Assembly: GCA_965221165.1 (NCBI GenBank)
Contig: CBDCRP010000003.1
Coordinates: 992,001 to 1,056,000, forward strand
Direction of reading: 5' to 3'
DNA from: a bacterium
Lineage (GTDB): Bacteria; UBA8248
Length of the DNA: 64,000 bases
Part shown: in pieces, positions 9,991-18,865 of the stretch
How the letters are laid out: the number at the start of each line of letters is the position of its first letter
Numbering within the stretch: the first letter of the stretch is position 1
The notes under the pieces: generated by a model
Database searches by the model: none
What the model was told of the DNA's origin: nothing
The model's input: only the letters and a program-made list of their open reading frames with translations
Position numbers and translations under genes: made by a program

Positions 9991-11062
9991 AGTCTGGACA
10001 ATCCCTCCCTCCCCGGTCTGGATTGATTTCCCGGATGAAGCGATCGGCCACTGCTCGCCAACTGTAAGAGGCCGCGCGCTCGATTCCGCATCGTCCCAGT
10101 TCTTCGCGTAATTCTTTGTTTTTCAGCAGATTGACGAGCGCATCGGCCAGGGATTCCCCATTGCCCGAAGGCGGCAGCAGAACGCCCGCATCGCCCACTA
10201 TCTCGGGCGTCGCCGCGAGGTCGAGCGCCACCACGGGCAGGCCCGCCGCCATGGCTTCCAGGAACACGATGCCGAAGCCCTCCTGAAGCGAAGGCAGGCA
10301 GAAGACGTCCGCCGCCGCGTATTCACGGAGCACGTCCTCATCGCCTGACACCTCGCCCAAGAGCGTCACGGCGCCCTCGAGGCCCAGTCTACCCACCTGT
10401 TTTTGAAGGAGACTCAAGCTCGGCCCCCCGCCGACGACGCGCAGCTTCGCCTCAGGAATGGCCGAGAGGACTCCGGGCATGGCCTGGATGAGGCTTTTGG
10501 TGTTCTTTCTGGGATATTGCCGCGCCACCGAGAGAATGGTGCAGCCTGCCGGACGCCTCATCCCGCGCACGCGCCCCCAATGGGCCGGGTGAATCCCGTT
10601 TCCCACGACGCCGACTTTCTCCGCCGAGAGTCCATAAGCCTCGCAGGCCACGCCCCGGCTGTATTCGCTGGTGACGATGACCCTGTCGGCACGGCGCGCG
10701 TTGGCCCGCTCTAGATGGGAGAGGGCGCGTAGATACTGACGCGGCGCACCGCGCTCGAAGCGCATCTCATCGGCCGAGATTCCGTGCAGATACACGATAA
10801 AGGGGGTTTTCAGGCTCAAATCGAAACCGTCGATGTCGAAACCCACGACGAGGTCGTAATCATCGGGCGATATTCGATCCTTCAACTCCAGATTGTACAG
10901 GAGCCTTTGGAGCAGAAGGCTCGACGCGCGCTCGTTGGGGCCGATAATCTTCACCATATGCCCGTTTGCTTCCAGCCCGCCCGCCAGGCCCGTGATGGCC
11001 GCCGCCGTGCCCGTGCCTTTCGCTATATCGAGGGTCCAGGAGTTCAAAAAAGCAATCCGCAA
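9989..11062 (-). CDS. Glycosyltransferase family 4
   Basis: DVFCLPSLQEGFGIVFLEAMAAGLPVV motif; TTG start after GGAGG. Confidence 0.92.
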   Translation of the reverse strand: MRIAFLNSWTLDIAKGTGTAAAITGLAGGLEANGHMVKIIGPNERASSLLLQRLLYNLELKDRISPDDYDLVVGFDIDGFDLSLKTPFIVYLHGISADEMRFERGAPRQYLRALSHLERANARRADRVIVTSEYSRGVACEAYGLSAEKVGVVGNGIHPAHWGRVRGMRRPAGCTILSVARQYPRKNTKSLIQAMPGVLSAIPEAKLRVVGGGPSLSLLQKQVGRLGLEGAVTLLGEVSGDEDVLREYAAADVFCLPSLQEGFGIVFLEAMAAGLPVVALDLAATPEIVGDAGVLLPPSGNGESLADALVNLLKNKELREELGRCGIERAASYSWRAVADRFIREINPDRGGRDCPD

Positions 11063-11137
11063 ATCTTCCCTCCCCAAAACAAAAGAGGGCGCAGCCCCGC
11101 GCCCTCTTCACCCGTCCTCACGATAAGGATGCTCTCC

Positions 11138-11470
11138 TTATAAGGCCTTATCCGATTTGGCCGCGAAGACGAAATCGCTCTCCGTCAAGCCGTCTATCTT
11201 ATGCGTCCAGACGGTGACCCGGACCTTCCCCCACGCCAGATGGATATCGGGATGATGACCCTGCTCCTCCGCCATCTCGCCCACGCGATTCGTGAAATCA
11301 AGCGCCGCCTGGAAATCGGGAAACCCGTATTCTTTTTCCAGATGGTGCTCATCCACCACGCTCCAATCGCCACCCAACTGTTCCTGGAGAGCGGAGAGAG
11401 CCTCTCCCTGAAGCGGGGGCACGCCACCTTTGCAAGGCACGCATTCCTTGGCCGCAAGCTCGCTGCTCAT
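11138..11470 (-). CDS. phhB: Pterin-4-alpha-carbinolamine dehydratase
   Basis: CVPCKGG, AEEQGHHPDIHLAWGKV...WTHKIDGLTESDFVFAAK. Confidence 0.93.
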   Translation of the reverse strand: MSSELAAKECVPCKGGVPPLQGEALSALQEQLGGDWSVVDEHHLEKEYGFPDFQAALDFTNRVGEMAEEQGHHPDIHLAWGKVRVTVWTHKIDGLTESDFVFAAKSDKAL

Positions 11471-11571
11471 GGGTTTTCCACTCCTCTATGCAGAATGATG
11501 AAATAACCTGGTTGTTCGCCTCGAAAGAACGCCTCATCATCGCGTCTTTCCCGAAAAGCCGCAAGGCCGCA

Positions 11572-12717
11572 TCATCCGCCTTTAAGCGCGGGCATCACCT
11601 CCCGGGCGAACTTCTCCATGCTGGATGCGGCTTTCTCCACGCCCAAGTTCCCGAAATGAAAATAAATGACCATGCCGCCGAAATCCATCTTTTCCCTTTG
11701 CGCCATCAACTCATCGCGCACCTCATGGGCGGTTCCCACGGCCGCCATTCCGTCGCGCATGAGTTGCGCGGGCGTTCTCACCTCCTCGCCGAGTAGTCCC
11801 AAAGGTTTCCCTCGCGCGTCCCCGGTTTCGGGGCCTGAAGGCGCGGGACCCGGCAAACTGCCCGGAAAACGGCGCCTGAGTTCCGCCAGAATCTCGGGCT
11901 GTGCTCCATAGAGATTTCGCCAGTAATACGAGAGAGCAGGCCCCGCCTCGTCAATCGCCCGGGAGCGGGAATCCGCCACGTAGACCTGATGTTCGAGCCA
12001 GACGTGCTCCGCTCCCGCCTCCCAGCCATGGGCGCGGCAGCGCTCGCGGTAATAGGCCGCTTTTTTGAGCAAATCATTGAAGGGTCGATGGCTCAGCACC
12101 ACGGGAGTTCTCATCCTGGCTCCCCAATCGAGCGAGGCCTCGGAATCTGCCGGAAAGAGAATCGGTGGATGAGGCTGCTGCCAGGGCCGCGTCCAGAGTT
12201 GGCAGCGCGGGTAGTGGAAATACCCGCCCTCCCAGTCGAAAGGCTCGGGCTCGCTCCAGGCCTTGAGAATGAATTCCCACGCCTCCTGAAAGCGCCCGCG
12301 GCTCTCGGCCGGATCCACGTTGTAGGCCAGGTATTCCCTGTGCGCGCCGCGCAGGAAACCGGCCACGATGCGTCCACCGCTCAACACGTCGAGCGCCGCA
12401 ATTTCTTCCGCCACGCGCAGCGGCTGAGGGTATAGCGGCAGGCAATAGCCGAGTATCGCGATTTTGGCCCTTTTCGTCCTCGCGGCGATGTGGCCCGCAT
12501 AGACGCCGGGCGTGGGCATCGAGCCGAAGTGCGTGCCGTGGTGTTCGTTCAGGCCGATGCCGTCGATTCCCGCCGCCTCCACGCGCTCCCAGAACCGAAA
12601 ATGCGCCTCCCAGAGCGCGTGGGCCTTCCGGGCGTCGAACTCCGACGCATCGTGCGGATAGCGCGTCTTTCCCTCGAGGTAGGGCCAGGGAATGGTGTCG
12701 AACGAATAGATTTCCAA
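11572..12717 (-). CDS. LLM-class (luciferase-like) flavin-dependent oxidoreductase
   Basis: NEHH, PLRVAEEIAALDVLSGGRIVAGF, PWQQPHPP. Confidence 0.9.
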   Translation of the reverse strand: MEIYSFDTIPWPYLEGKTRYPHDASEFDARKAHALWEAHFRFWERVEAAGIDGIGLNEHHGTHFGSMPTPGVYAGHIAARTKRAKIAILGYCLPLYPQPLRVAEEIAALDVLSGGRIVAGFLRGAHREYLAYNVDPAESRGRFQEAWEFILKAWSEPEPFDWEGGYFHYPRCQLWTRPWQQPHPPILFPADSEASLDWGARMRTPVVLSHRPFNDLLKKAAYYRERCRAHGWEAGAEHVWLEHQVYVADSRSRAIDEAGPALSYYWRNLYGAQPEILAELRRRFPGSLPGPAPSGPETGDARGKPLGLLGEEVRTPAQLMRDGMAAVGTAHEVRDELMAQREKMDFGGMVIYFHFGNLGVEKAASSMEKFAREVMPALKGG

Positions 12718-12987
12718 GCCCCGCTCCTCACCGAAAACCGGATTCGTGCACCCTCACCCGGCTCTTTTTAACATATTTCCTCATCCGGAATGATGGCGTC
12801 GACGCGATGGAGGCGTGTTCAATGGGTGTCAATCCCGACTGATGAGAAAGGGATTGCCCGGTTTTCCGGATACGTGGTTCATCGCGGATTTATGGATTTC
12901 GCTTTGTGGCCTTATTCACCAGGCTTATTTTCACCCAAACCTCATCAATAAATCCGACATCTCCCGTCTACGTCCGCTGCGCCGCCC

Positions 12988-13410
12988 TCAGCGCCTGAAA
13001 CCGGGTTTGTTCTTCACCCAAAGGGCCGCGCCCCGCAGCCTGCGGAACCAGGGATAAAAGGCGCGCACGCGCTTTGGATTCGAGGCGAACCACTTGACGA
13101 GCCCGCCCAACCAGCCGCCTCCGCTCGTCATCGTCCCGAGCGCCGTCATCGCCTCGGCTCCCTTGTGCCGCCGGCCACCGAAGACGAGAACCATCCCCTC
13201 CTCGACCTCGCAGCCTTGCGCGCGCAACCCGGCGACGAGTTCGGGCGCCCGGTTCGCGTCGATGAGCGTTAGAGGCCGACCGGCCTGCGTCTTGAACCTT
13301 GATTTTCGCGCATAAAAACTACAGAACGGGCATTCGCCGTCATAAAGCAGAAATTCGTCCTGCGAGGAAATATCGGCGGGTTCACTGCGCTCGGCCTCTG
13401 GTGAAGTCAT
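12988..13410 (-). CDS. DCC1-like (DUF393) thiol-disulfide oxidoreductase
   Basis: LLYDGECPFC motif; ATG at 13410 after GGAGGAGG. Confidence 0.8.
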   Translation of the reverse strand: MTSPEAERSEPADISSQDEFLLYDGECPFCSFYARKSRFKTQAGRPLTLIDANRAPELVAGLRAQGCEVEEGMVLVFGGRRHKGAEAMTALGTMTSGGGWLGGLVKWFASNPKRVRAFYPWFRRLRGAALWVKNKPGFRR

Positions 13411-13570
13411 GATTGCCTCCTCCGTTTCCACGTCCGTATTCTCCGCGCGGGAGGACATCGAAAGCAAGCGATAGCGCCCGCGCGGGACTATTCATAAGTT
13501 GGAGAGCAGAGTTCTCCGAGGAGGGGGGATTACCGACCGATGAGGCTTCTATTCCTCAGCCTGTTATCCC

Positions 13571-14266
13571 TCAAGTTTTGCGACTACGTGGTGGACGAGG
13601 AAAACCGCTGCTGAGGCCGTCGATATGTTCGAACAATTCCGGAGCGACCGTGCGCCAGAGCGGATCGAGAATGATACGCACGCCCTCTCGTCGCGCGAGT
13701 TTCGCTGCAGGAACGAAGTCGGCGTCGCCCGCGACGAGGATGATCGTATTCGCCTGTCGTTTAAGTGTGATCGACGTGATGTCTACCCCGATCCGCATAT
13801 CCACCGCTTTCTGGCGAAGGCCGAGAGCGAAATCGTCATCTTTAAGTTCGCTGACCGTAAGTTCGCCTTTCAATAGCCGTTTTTGCGGGGTTTCTTTCAG
13901 CACCCAGCCGCGTTCGCGTCGCACCTCGCCAAGCCGCACGGCGGTGTTGGGTGCGCGTCGCAGTTGCTCGAACAGGTCGTGCCTGAATTGCGCTTCATCG
14001 GTTTTTGCGTAGTCGATACTATGATTGCTGACGGGTTTGTGCTCCTTGCCGTCATAAGGGCTGGCGTCGTAATAGAAAACGCGATAGAGCAACGAGTTCA
14101 CATTGGCGGCGCAAGCGATCTTGTTCTCACGCTTCAGATGCGATGCTACCAATTGACGTATCGCCAAATTGACGGCTTTCGCGTCGTGATGTCTAATTTT
14201 CGGGCGGACTGTCGGAAGACGCTTGAGCAGATAGCCGCCGTCGATGAGAATTGCCACTTTCGCCAT
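13571..14266 (-). CDS. NYN-domain (LabA/DUF88, PIN-like) putative ribonuclease
   Basis: AILIDGGY, YRVFYYD, RQKAVDMRIGVDI, LVAGDADFVPAAKLARREG; the acidic catalytic residues are intact. Confidence 0.92.
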   Translation of the reverse strand: MAKVAILIDGGYLLKRLPTVRPKIRHHDAKAVNLAIRQLVASHLKRENKIACAANVNSLLYRVFYYDASPYDGKEHKPVSNHSIDYAKTDEAQFRHDLFEQLRRAPNTAVRLGEVRRERGWVLKETPQKRLLKGELTVSELKDDDFALGLRQKAVDMRIGVDITSITLKRQANTIILVAGDADFVPAAKLARREGVRIILDPLWRTVAPELFEHIDGLSSGFPRPPRSRKT

Positions 14267-14290
14267 AGAAACGCCGCCGGACATAAAGAC

Positions 14291-14361
14291 ATAAAAATGC
14301 CCCCAGGGATCGGCTGCGCTCATGATCGCTAGGAGCACAGCGTACTGCCAAGGGGCGAATC
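14291..14361 (-). ncRNA. Candidate structured leader/small RNA upstream of the NYN gene
   Basis: Outer stem GCCCCUUGG/CCUGGGGGC, internal loop CAGUAC/CGAUC, inner 9-bp stem GCUGUGCUC/GAGCGCAGC, then AUUUUUAU. Confidence 0.65.
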
Positions 14362-14367
14362 AAACTT

Positions 14368-14396
14368 AACATAAGACTTGTAGGCGCAAATGTCAA
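14368..14396 (-). promoter_or_regulatory. Sigma70-type promoter
   Basis: TTGACA (14396-14391), 17-bp spacer, TATGTT (14373-14368). Confidence 0.75.
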
Positions 14397-14454
14397 CTCC
14401 ACGTTTACTCATACATCGGAAGTCAAGCTCCCCCTTCCCCAGCCGGGCTTGCTT

Positions 14455-16221
14455 CTACCACCCTGCGGCGTAGGATTCGCGCCTCGGGTCGGCCCCGCCG
14501 AGGAGGTAGCCCGTCTCGGGGTCTTTCACGATCGCGCAGACGCTGCCCGCAGGCCAGTGGAAATCGGGCCACGAATCGATTCTGTAGCCCAATTCTGAGA
14601 GCGCGCCGCCCACGTCTTTCAGGAGCCGCGCCTCCGCGCGTGCGCTCGCGGGTTCGTAATCGTGGGGCCAGAAGGAGTCGGGGAAATTGTAGGTGGCGGC
14701 GCGGGGAGCTTCGACCGCCATCTGCGGCTGCATGCCGAAGAGCACATGGTTCAGGAAAACTTGCAACATGACCTGGGGCTGGGTGTCGCCCCCCGGCGTG
14801 CCCAGCGTCATGTAGAACGCGCCGTCTTTAAGCGCGAGTGCGGGGTTCGGCGTGAGCCTCGGCCGCTTCCAGGGGGCCAGGCAGCTCGGATGCGCGGGGT
14901 CGAGCCAGCTTTGAGAACCGCGTCCAGAAACGGTGGCGCCCACTCCGGGGACGAAGGGCATCGCGTTCGATGGGTCCGAGGGCGTACAGGAAAAAGCGTT
15001 TCCCGCTGAATCCACCGCCGTGCAGTAGGAAGTGTCGTGCTGGTATTCGGGCGCAGCTTCTTTTGGAACCCGGTGCGCGCCATCGCAACGCCACGGATGC
15101 GCGCCCCCCTGGTGCGCCCAGGGGTCTCCGGGTTCGGGCATATCGGCGAAGGCGGCTCCTGCCTCGACCCGCTTCGCCTGTTGCGCGGCGTATTCGCGCG
15201 AGAGAAGGCCGTCTATGGGCACGTCCACGAACTCCGGATCCCCGATGTAGGCTTCTCTGTCCGCAAACGCGAGATTGAGTGCGGCCATGATGGAGTGGAG
15301 ATACCCGGAGGAATTGTGGGCCAAGGATGCGAGGTCTAAATTGGCGAGAATGTTCATCGCTTCGAGCAGCGTCGGCCCCTGACACCACGGACCGCAGGCG
15401 TAGACCTGATGGCCCATAAATTCCGTTACCACCGGTTCTTCTTCCTGAACGTGGAAATCGGCCATATCACCCAGCGTCAGCAACCCGCCGTTTCGCTGGA
15501 TGAAATCGACCATTAGGCGGGCCGTCTCTCCGGTGTAGACCTCATCGCGCGCCGCGCGCACACCCCCGGCACGCCCCCCCGCCGCTTTTTGCTCCGCGCG
15601 CACCATGCGCCTCATGGTTTCGGCCAGATCGGGAATCCGCACCCGCCCGCCCACGGGGATGAGCTCGCCTTCGGGAAAATAGATGGGCCGCGCGGATTCC
15701 CACCGGGCGTAGGATTCTTCCGCCGCCTTGATGTGGTCGTACATGAAGTTGTGCATGGGAAAGCCGTCTTCGGCCAGGGAGATGGCGTCCTCACTCACTT
15801 CCGCGAAGGTCCTTGTGCCGTAGCGCTCAAGCGCCGTGAGCCAGGCGTCGGCCGCTGCGGGCGTGACGGCGCGCCGGACTCCGGGAGGAATCTCACCATT
15901 GCAGTTTTTCTCGAACCACTCGATGGAAGCCGCCTTGGGCCAGCGGCCCAGCCCGCTGATGGTGAGGACGCGCTCTTCTTTCGCCAGATAGATCATCGTG
16001 GGCGCGACGCCCAGGAACGAAACCATGTCGGTTTGCAGGACGCTCAGGCAAATCCCCGCCGCGACGCCAGCGTCTATCGCGTTCCCGCCTTTTTCCAGGA
16101 TTCTAAGGCCCGCCTGGCTCGCGTAATGATGGCCGGATACGACCATCGCCTCGCGCGCGATGAACTGCGGCCTGTGGGAGATGTATTCTTGGCCATCGGG
16201 TGTGGTGTGGCGAAACGCCAT
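14455..16221 (-). CDS. ggt: Gamma-glutamyltransferase family protein
   Basis: GGNAIDAGVAA, LAFADREAYIGDP, HDTSY (Thr nucleophile), GTPGGDTQPQ, GGADPRRE. Confidence 0.92.
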   Translation of the reverse strand: MAFRHTTPDGQEYISHRPQFIAREAMVVSGHHYASQAGLRILEKGGNAIDAGVAAGICLSVLQTDMVSFLGVAPTMIYLAKEERVLTISGLGRWPKAASIEWFEKNCNGEIPPGVRRAVTPAAADAWLTALERYGTRTFAEVSEDAISLAEDGFPMHNFMYDHIKAAEESYARWESARPIYFPEGELIPVGGRVRIPDLAETMRRMVRAEQKAAGGRAGGVRAARDEVYTGETARLMVDFIQRNGGLLTLGDMADFHVQEEEPVVTEFMGHQVYACGPWCQGPTLLEAMNILANLDLASLAHNSSGYLHSIMAALNLAFADREAYIGDPEFVDVPIDGLLSREYAAQQAKRVEAGAAFADMPEPGDPWAHQGGAHPWRCDGAHRVPKEAAPEYQHDTSYCTAVDSAGNAFSCTPSDPSNAMPFVPGVGATVSGRGSQSWLDPAHPSCLAPWKRPRLTPNPALALKDGAFYMTLGTPGGDTQPQVMLQVFLNHVLFGMQPQMAVEAPRAATYNFPDSFWPHDYEPASARAEARLLKDVGGALSELGYRIDSWPDFHWPAGSVCAIVKDPETGYLLGGADPRRESYAAGW

Positions 16222-16347
16222 GTGGAGCCTCCTCACTCCAGGAGCATAGAGTAGTCGATATCTTGCCAGATGTATTCAGAGGAACGCAAAGAGTCAGTTC
16301 CGACCGAAGAGGGAGGAAATGTCGCAGAAGCCGAGAAGAGAGAACCC

Positions 16348-16563
16348 GTCATTCCGGCGCATGTTGGTGGCAACCGTAAGGTTGACCAGAGAATTGATGA
16401 TTTCGTTTTTCCCTTTTCGCCGCCATTCCCACCCAATCATGGAGGGAATGAGATACCACCATATTTTCACTCGCATCAACTCTGGATTCCGGCATTCGCC
16501 GGAATGACAAATCAATTTCCTCCATCCCCGTAGCTGTAGGGGCCGTTCGCGAACGGCCCCTAC
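16348..16563. repeat. REP-like palindrome mosaic
   Basis: GTCATTCCGGCG..., GGATTCCGGCATTCGCCGGAATGAC, GTAGGGGCCGTTCGCGAACGGCCCCTAC. Confidence 0.85.
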
Positions 16564-17462
16564 GCGAGCGCTTGCTCCACGAAGCGCATGTCCACCGCCT
16601 GCTCGTATGAAACCCCCGTCTCAATCAGCCCACCGCTCAGGCACGCGGCCCGGAGCCACTCGAAGCTCTCTCGCGCGAGTCGGGGATTCTGGTTCCAAAG
16701 ACCGAGGCTTTTGTAGCGCGCGACCGCCTGAGCCAGAAGTTCGAAGTCCATATCCTCGAACCAGGACTTCACGAGCCGGGCAATCGCTTCGGCGTCATGC
16801 GCGGCGAGCCAGCGCTCGGTCTCCCGCATGGCGCGCGTCATGCCGAGGACGGATTCGGGCTGTTCCTTCAGGAATTCATCCGGCGCGTAAAACGCCGTAT
16901 AGGTGGTCAAACCCCGCTCCGCCGCCTGATACCAGATATGGCCCGCGCCCTCTCCCACCAACTCCTCCGCAAAGGGCTGAAACACCTGGATGACGTCGGC
17001 ATCGCCCCCGCGCAGAGCCTCTGCGTTCTCGCCCATCGTCCGGTTCGGGATTCTATCCAGGCCTTGCGGCTCGAGCCCGGCGAGGCGCAAGTCGTGTTGA
17101 AGGCACATCCAGGGGGTGGGCACCTCGCTCACCGTGGCGATTTTCGGACCCATCAGATCGCCCATCCGAAACGCCGGGTTCGGCTCCCGCCCGATGAGAA
17201 AAAACGGGTCTCGGCAGACGACCTCGCAGAAAACCTTGAGGTCGCAATCCGGATTTTTGTCATACGCCACCATGACGCGCATGGGGCCGCCCCAACTCAC
17301 CTGGGCGGCGCCTGCCATCAGCAGGTTCGCGGTCCGGGCGGGATCGGGCGAGGCTTCCAGGCGAACGTCGACGCCTTGCTCCTCATAGGCCCCCAACGCG
17401 AAGGCGGCGTAAAACGGCGTGTAGAAAACGGCCCTGAAATTCTCGAGCAGCGTGATACTCAA
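16560..17462 (-). CDS. NMT1/THI5-like substrate-binding protein (no signal peptide)
   Basis: RAVFYTPFY, WGGPMR, DVIQVFQPFAE motifs. Confidence 0.8.
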   Translation of the reverse strand: MSITLLENFRAVFYTPFYAAFALGAYEEQGVDVRLEASPDPARTANLLMAGAAQVSWGGPMRVMVAYDKNPDCDLKVFCEVVCRDPFFLIGREPNPAFRMGDLMGPKIATVSEVPTPWMCLQHDLRLAGLEPQGLDRIPNRTMGENAEALRGGDADVIQVFQPFAEELVGEGAGHIWYQAAERGLTTYTAFYAPDEFLKEQPESVLGMTRAMRETERWLAAHDAEAIARLVKSWFEDMDFELLAQAVARYKSLGLWNQNPRLARESFEWLRAACLSGGLIETGVSYEQAVDMRFVEQALA

Positions 17463-17472
17463 ATCGATCTCC

Positions 17473-18696
17473 TCATAAGATCGGCGTCAGGGTTTTGGCC
17501 ATCAATTCCCGCTCGTCTATCCCGAACACCCCGGCGAGCCAGTCGGCGGGTATCTCCTGGCCGATGGTGGGATTGTCGTGCTGGCAGTGGTCGGCGCCGG
17601 TCTCCTCTTGATCGACGAGCCGCAAAGTGACGTCCACCCCCGCCGTTCGGGCGGCCTCGTAGACTTTGCGCGCCTGGGCCACGCCGAGCACGTCGTATCC
17701 CCCGTGGACGATGAGATAGGGACACTTCATGCGCCCGATGTGTCCCTCCAGCGTATAGGGCGCGAGCTTCTCGACGGCTTCTTTCACGCTTTTCGCTCCG
17801 AATACCCATTTGATGGAATCGGCCAGGCGGTGGTCCTCACCAGCGTCGCGCCATAATTCCTGTAAACTCCAACCGGCGGTCTGGGAGATGGCGGCGACGA
17901 GCCGCCCTTCGTAGCAGGCCGCCCGGGCGGCGAAATGGCCCCCGATGCCTCCACCGCAGACGGCGATCCGCGAGGCGTCCACGTCTCCCCTCGCCTCCAG
18001 ATAGTCGATGCAGCGGCCCACCGGAACCTCGTAGTCGTGGCGGCTGGTGATGCCCCCCCGCCTGAGTGTGCCGCCCTGGCCGGGGCCGTCGATCATGAGG
18101 GTCGATATGCCGCGCTGTAAGAAACCCCGGCCCGCCATGAACCACATTTCATCCTTATAGGCGTCCAGGCCACCGAAGCAGATGAGGGCGGGTTGCTTTT
18201 CCACGCGAAAGGGAGCGGGCACGAAATAGGCGTCCAGATGCGTCCCGTTCTCGTAAGGAACGCGCACCACCTCGCCGGGAGGGGTGAGATGGCCGAGAAA
18301 CGCCTTCGAGCAGACTTCTACCTTCTCGAAGGTCTCGAGCCTGCGCGGATCGTCCGACTCGAGCCAGAACTCCGCACTCCGGTAGTAATCCACCGCGCGC
18401 AGCCAGCAGTTGCGCGCCGTCTGGATATGTCCCGCAGCGGCCGCCTCATCCCCGCGCGCGCGGTTGCGATCGCCCACGCGGGTCCACTCCACGTGCCAGC
18501 TCTCGTTGTCGCCCGGCGTCATGCGGCTCGCGGCCAGGAAACACTCGCTCACCGAGCCGCCGCCCTCCTGGGTCTCGCCCAGGGCGCGCCTGAACTGATA
18601 GGACATCCAAGGATGCTCGGGCCAGTGGTGCCAGCCGTAGGGTTCGTAGTGTGGTCCCCGGGATTCGTCGATCCGGTCGATCGCTCTTTCTTCCAT
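17473..18696 (-). CDS. Alpha/beta hydrolase (2,6-dihydropseudooxynicotine hydrolase/FrsA-like) lacking the nucleophile Ser
   Basis: YYRSAEF, GGLDAYKDE, DGPGQG, GADHCQHDN; nucleophile elbow reads CGGGIGG. Confidence 0.85.
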   Translation of the reverse strand: MEERAIDRIDESRGPHYEPYGWHHWPEHPWMSYQFRRALGETQEGGGSVSECFLAASRMTPGDNESWHVEWTRVGDRNRARGDEAAAAGHIQTARNCWLRAVDYYRSAEFWLESDDPRRLETFEKVEVCSKAFLGHLTPPGEVVRVPYENGTHLDAYFVPAPFRVEKQPALICFGGLDAYKDEMWFMAGRGFLQRGISTLMIDGPGQGGTLRRGGITSRHDYEVPVGRCIDYLEARGDVDASRIAVCGGGIGGHFAARAACYEGRLVAAISQTAGWSLQELWRDAGEDHRLADSIKWVFGAKSVKEAVEKLAPYTLEGHIGRMKCPYLIVHGGYDVLGVAQARKVYEAARTAGVDVTLRLVDQEETGADHCQHDNPTIGQEIPADWLAGVFGIDERELMAKTLTPIL

Positions 18697-18865
18697 GAGA
18701 AACCCTCCCTGTGGTCTGCCTGAATGGTGGAAGCGCTCGCCCGGTCGGCGGATGAAAGGGACTAGCCACACGCGAGCGGAATCAAAATCAGGGGCTGACG
18801 GTGAATCCATCCACCTTCATGCGAATCACGCAGCCGTCAAACGGCCCCCGAAGCGGCCCATCCCC

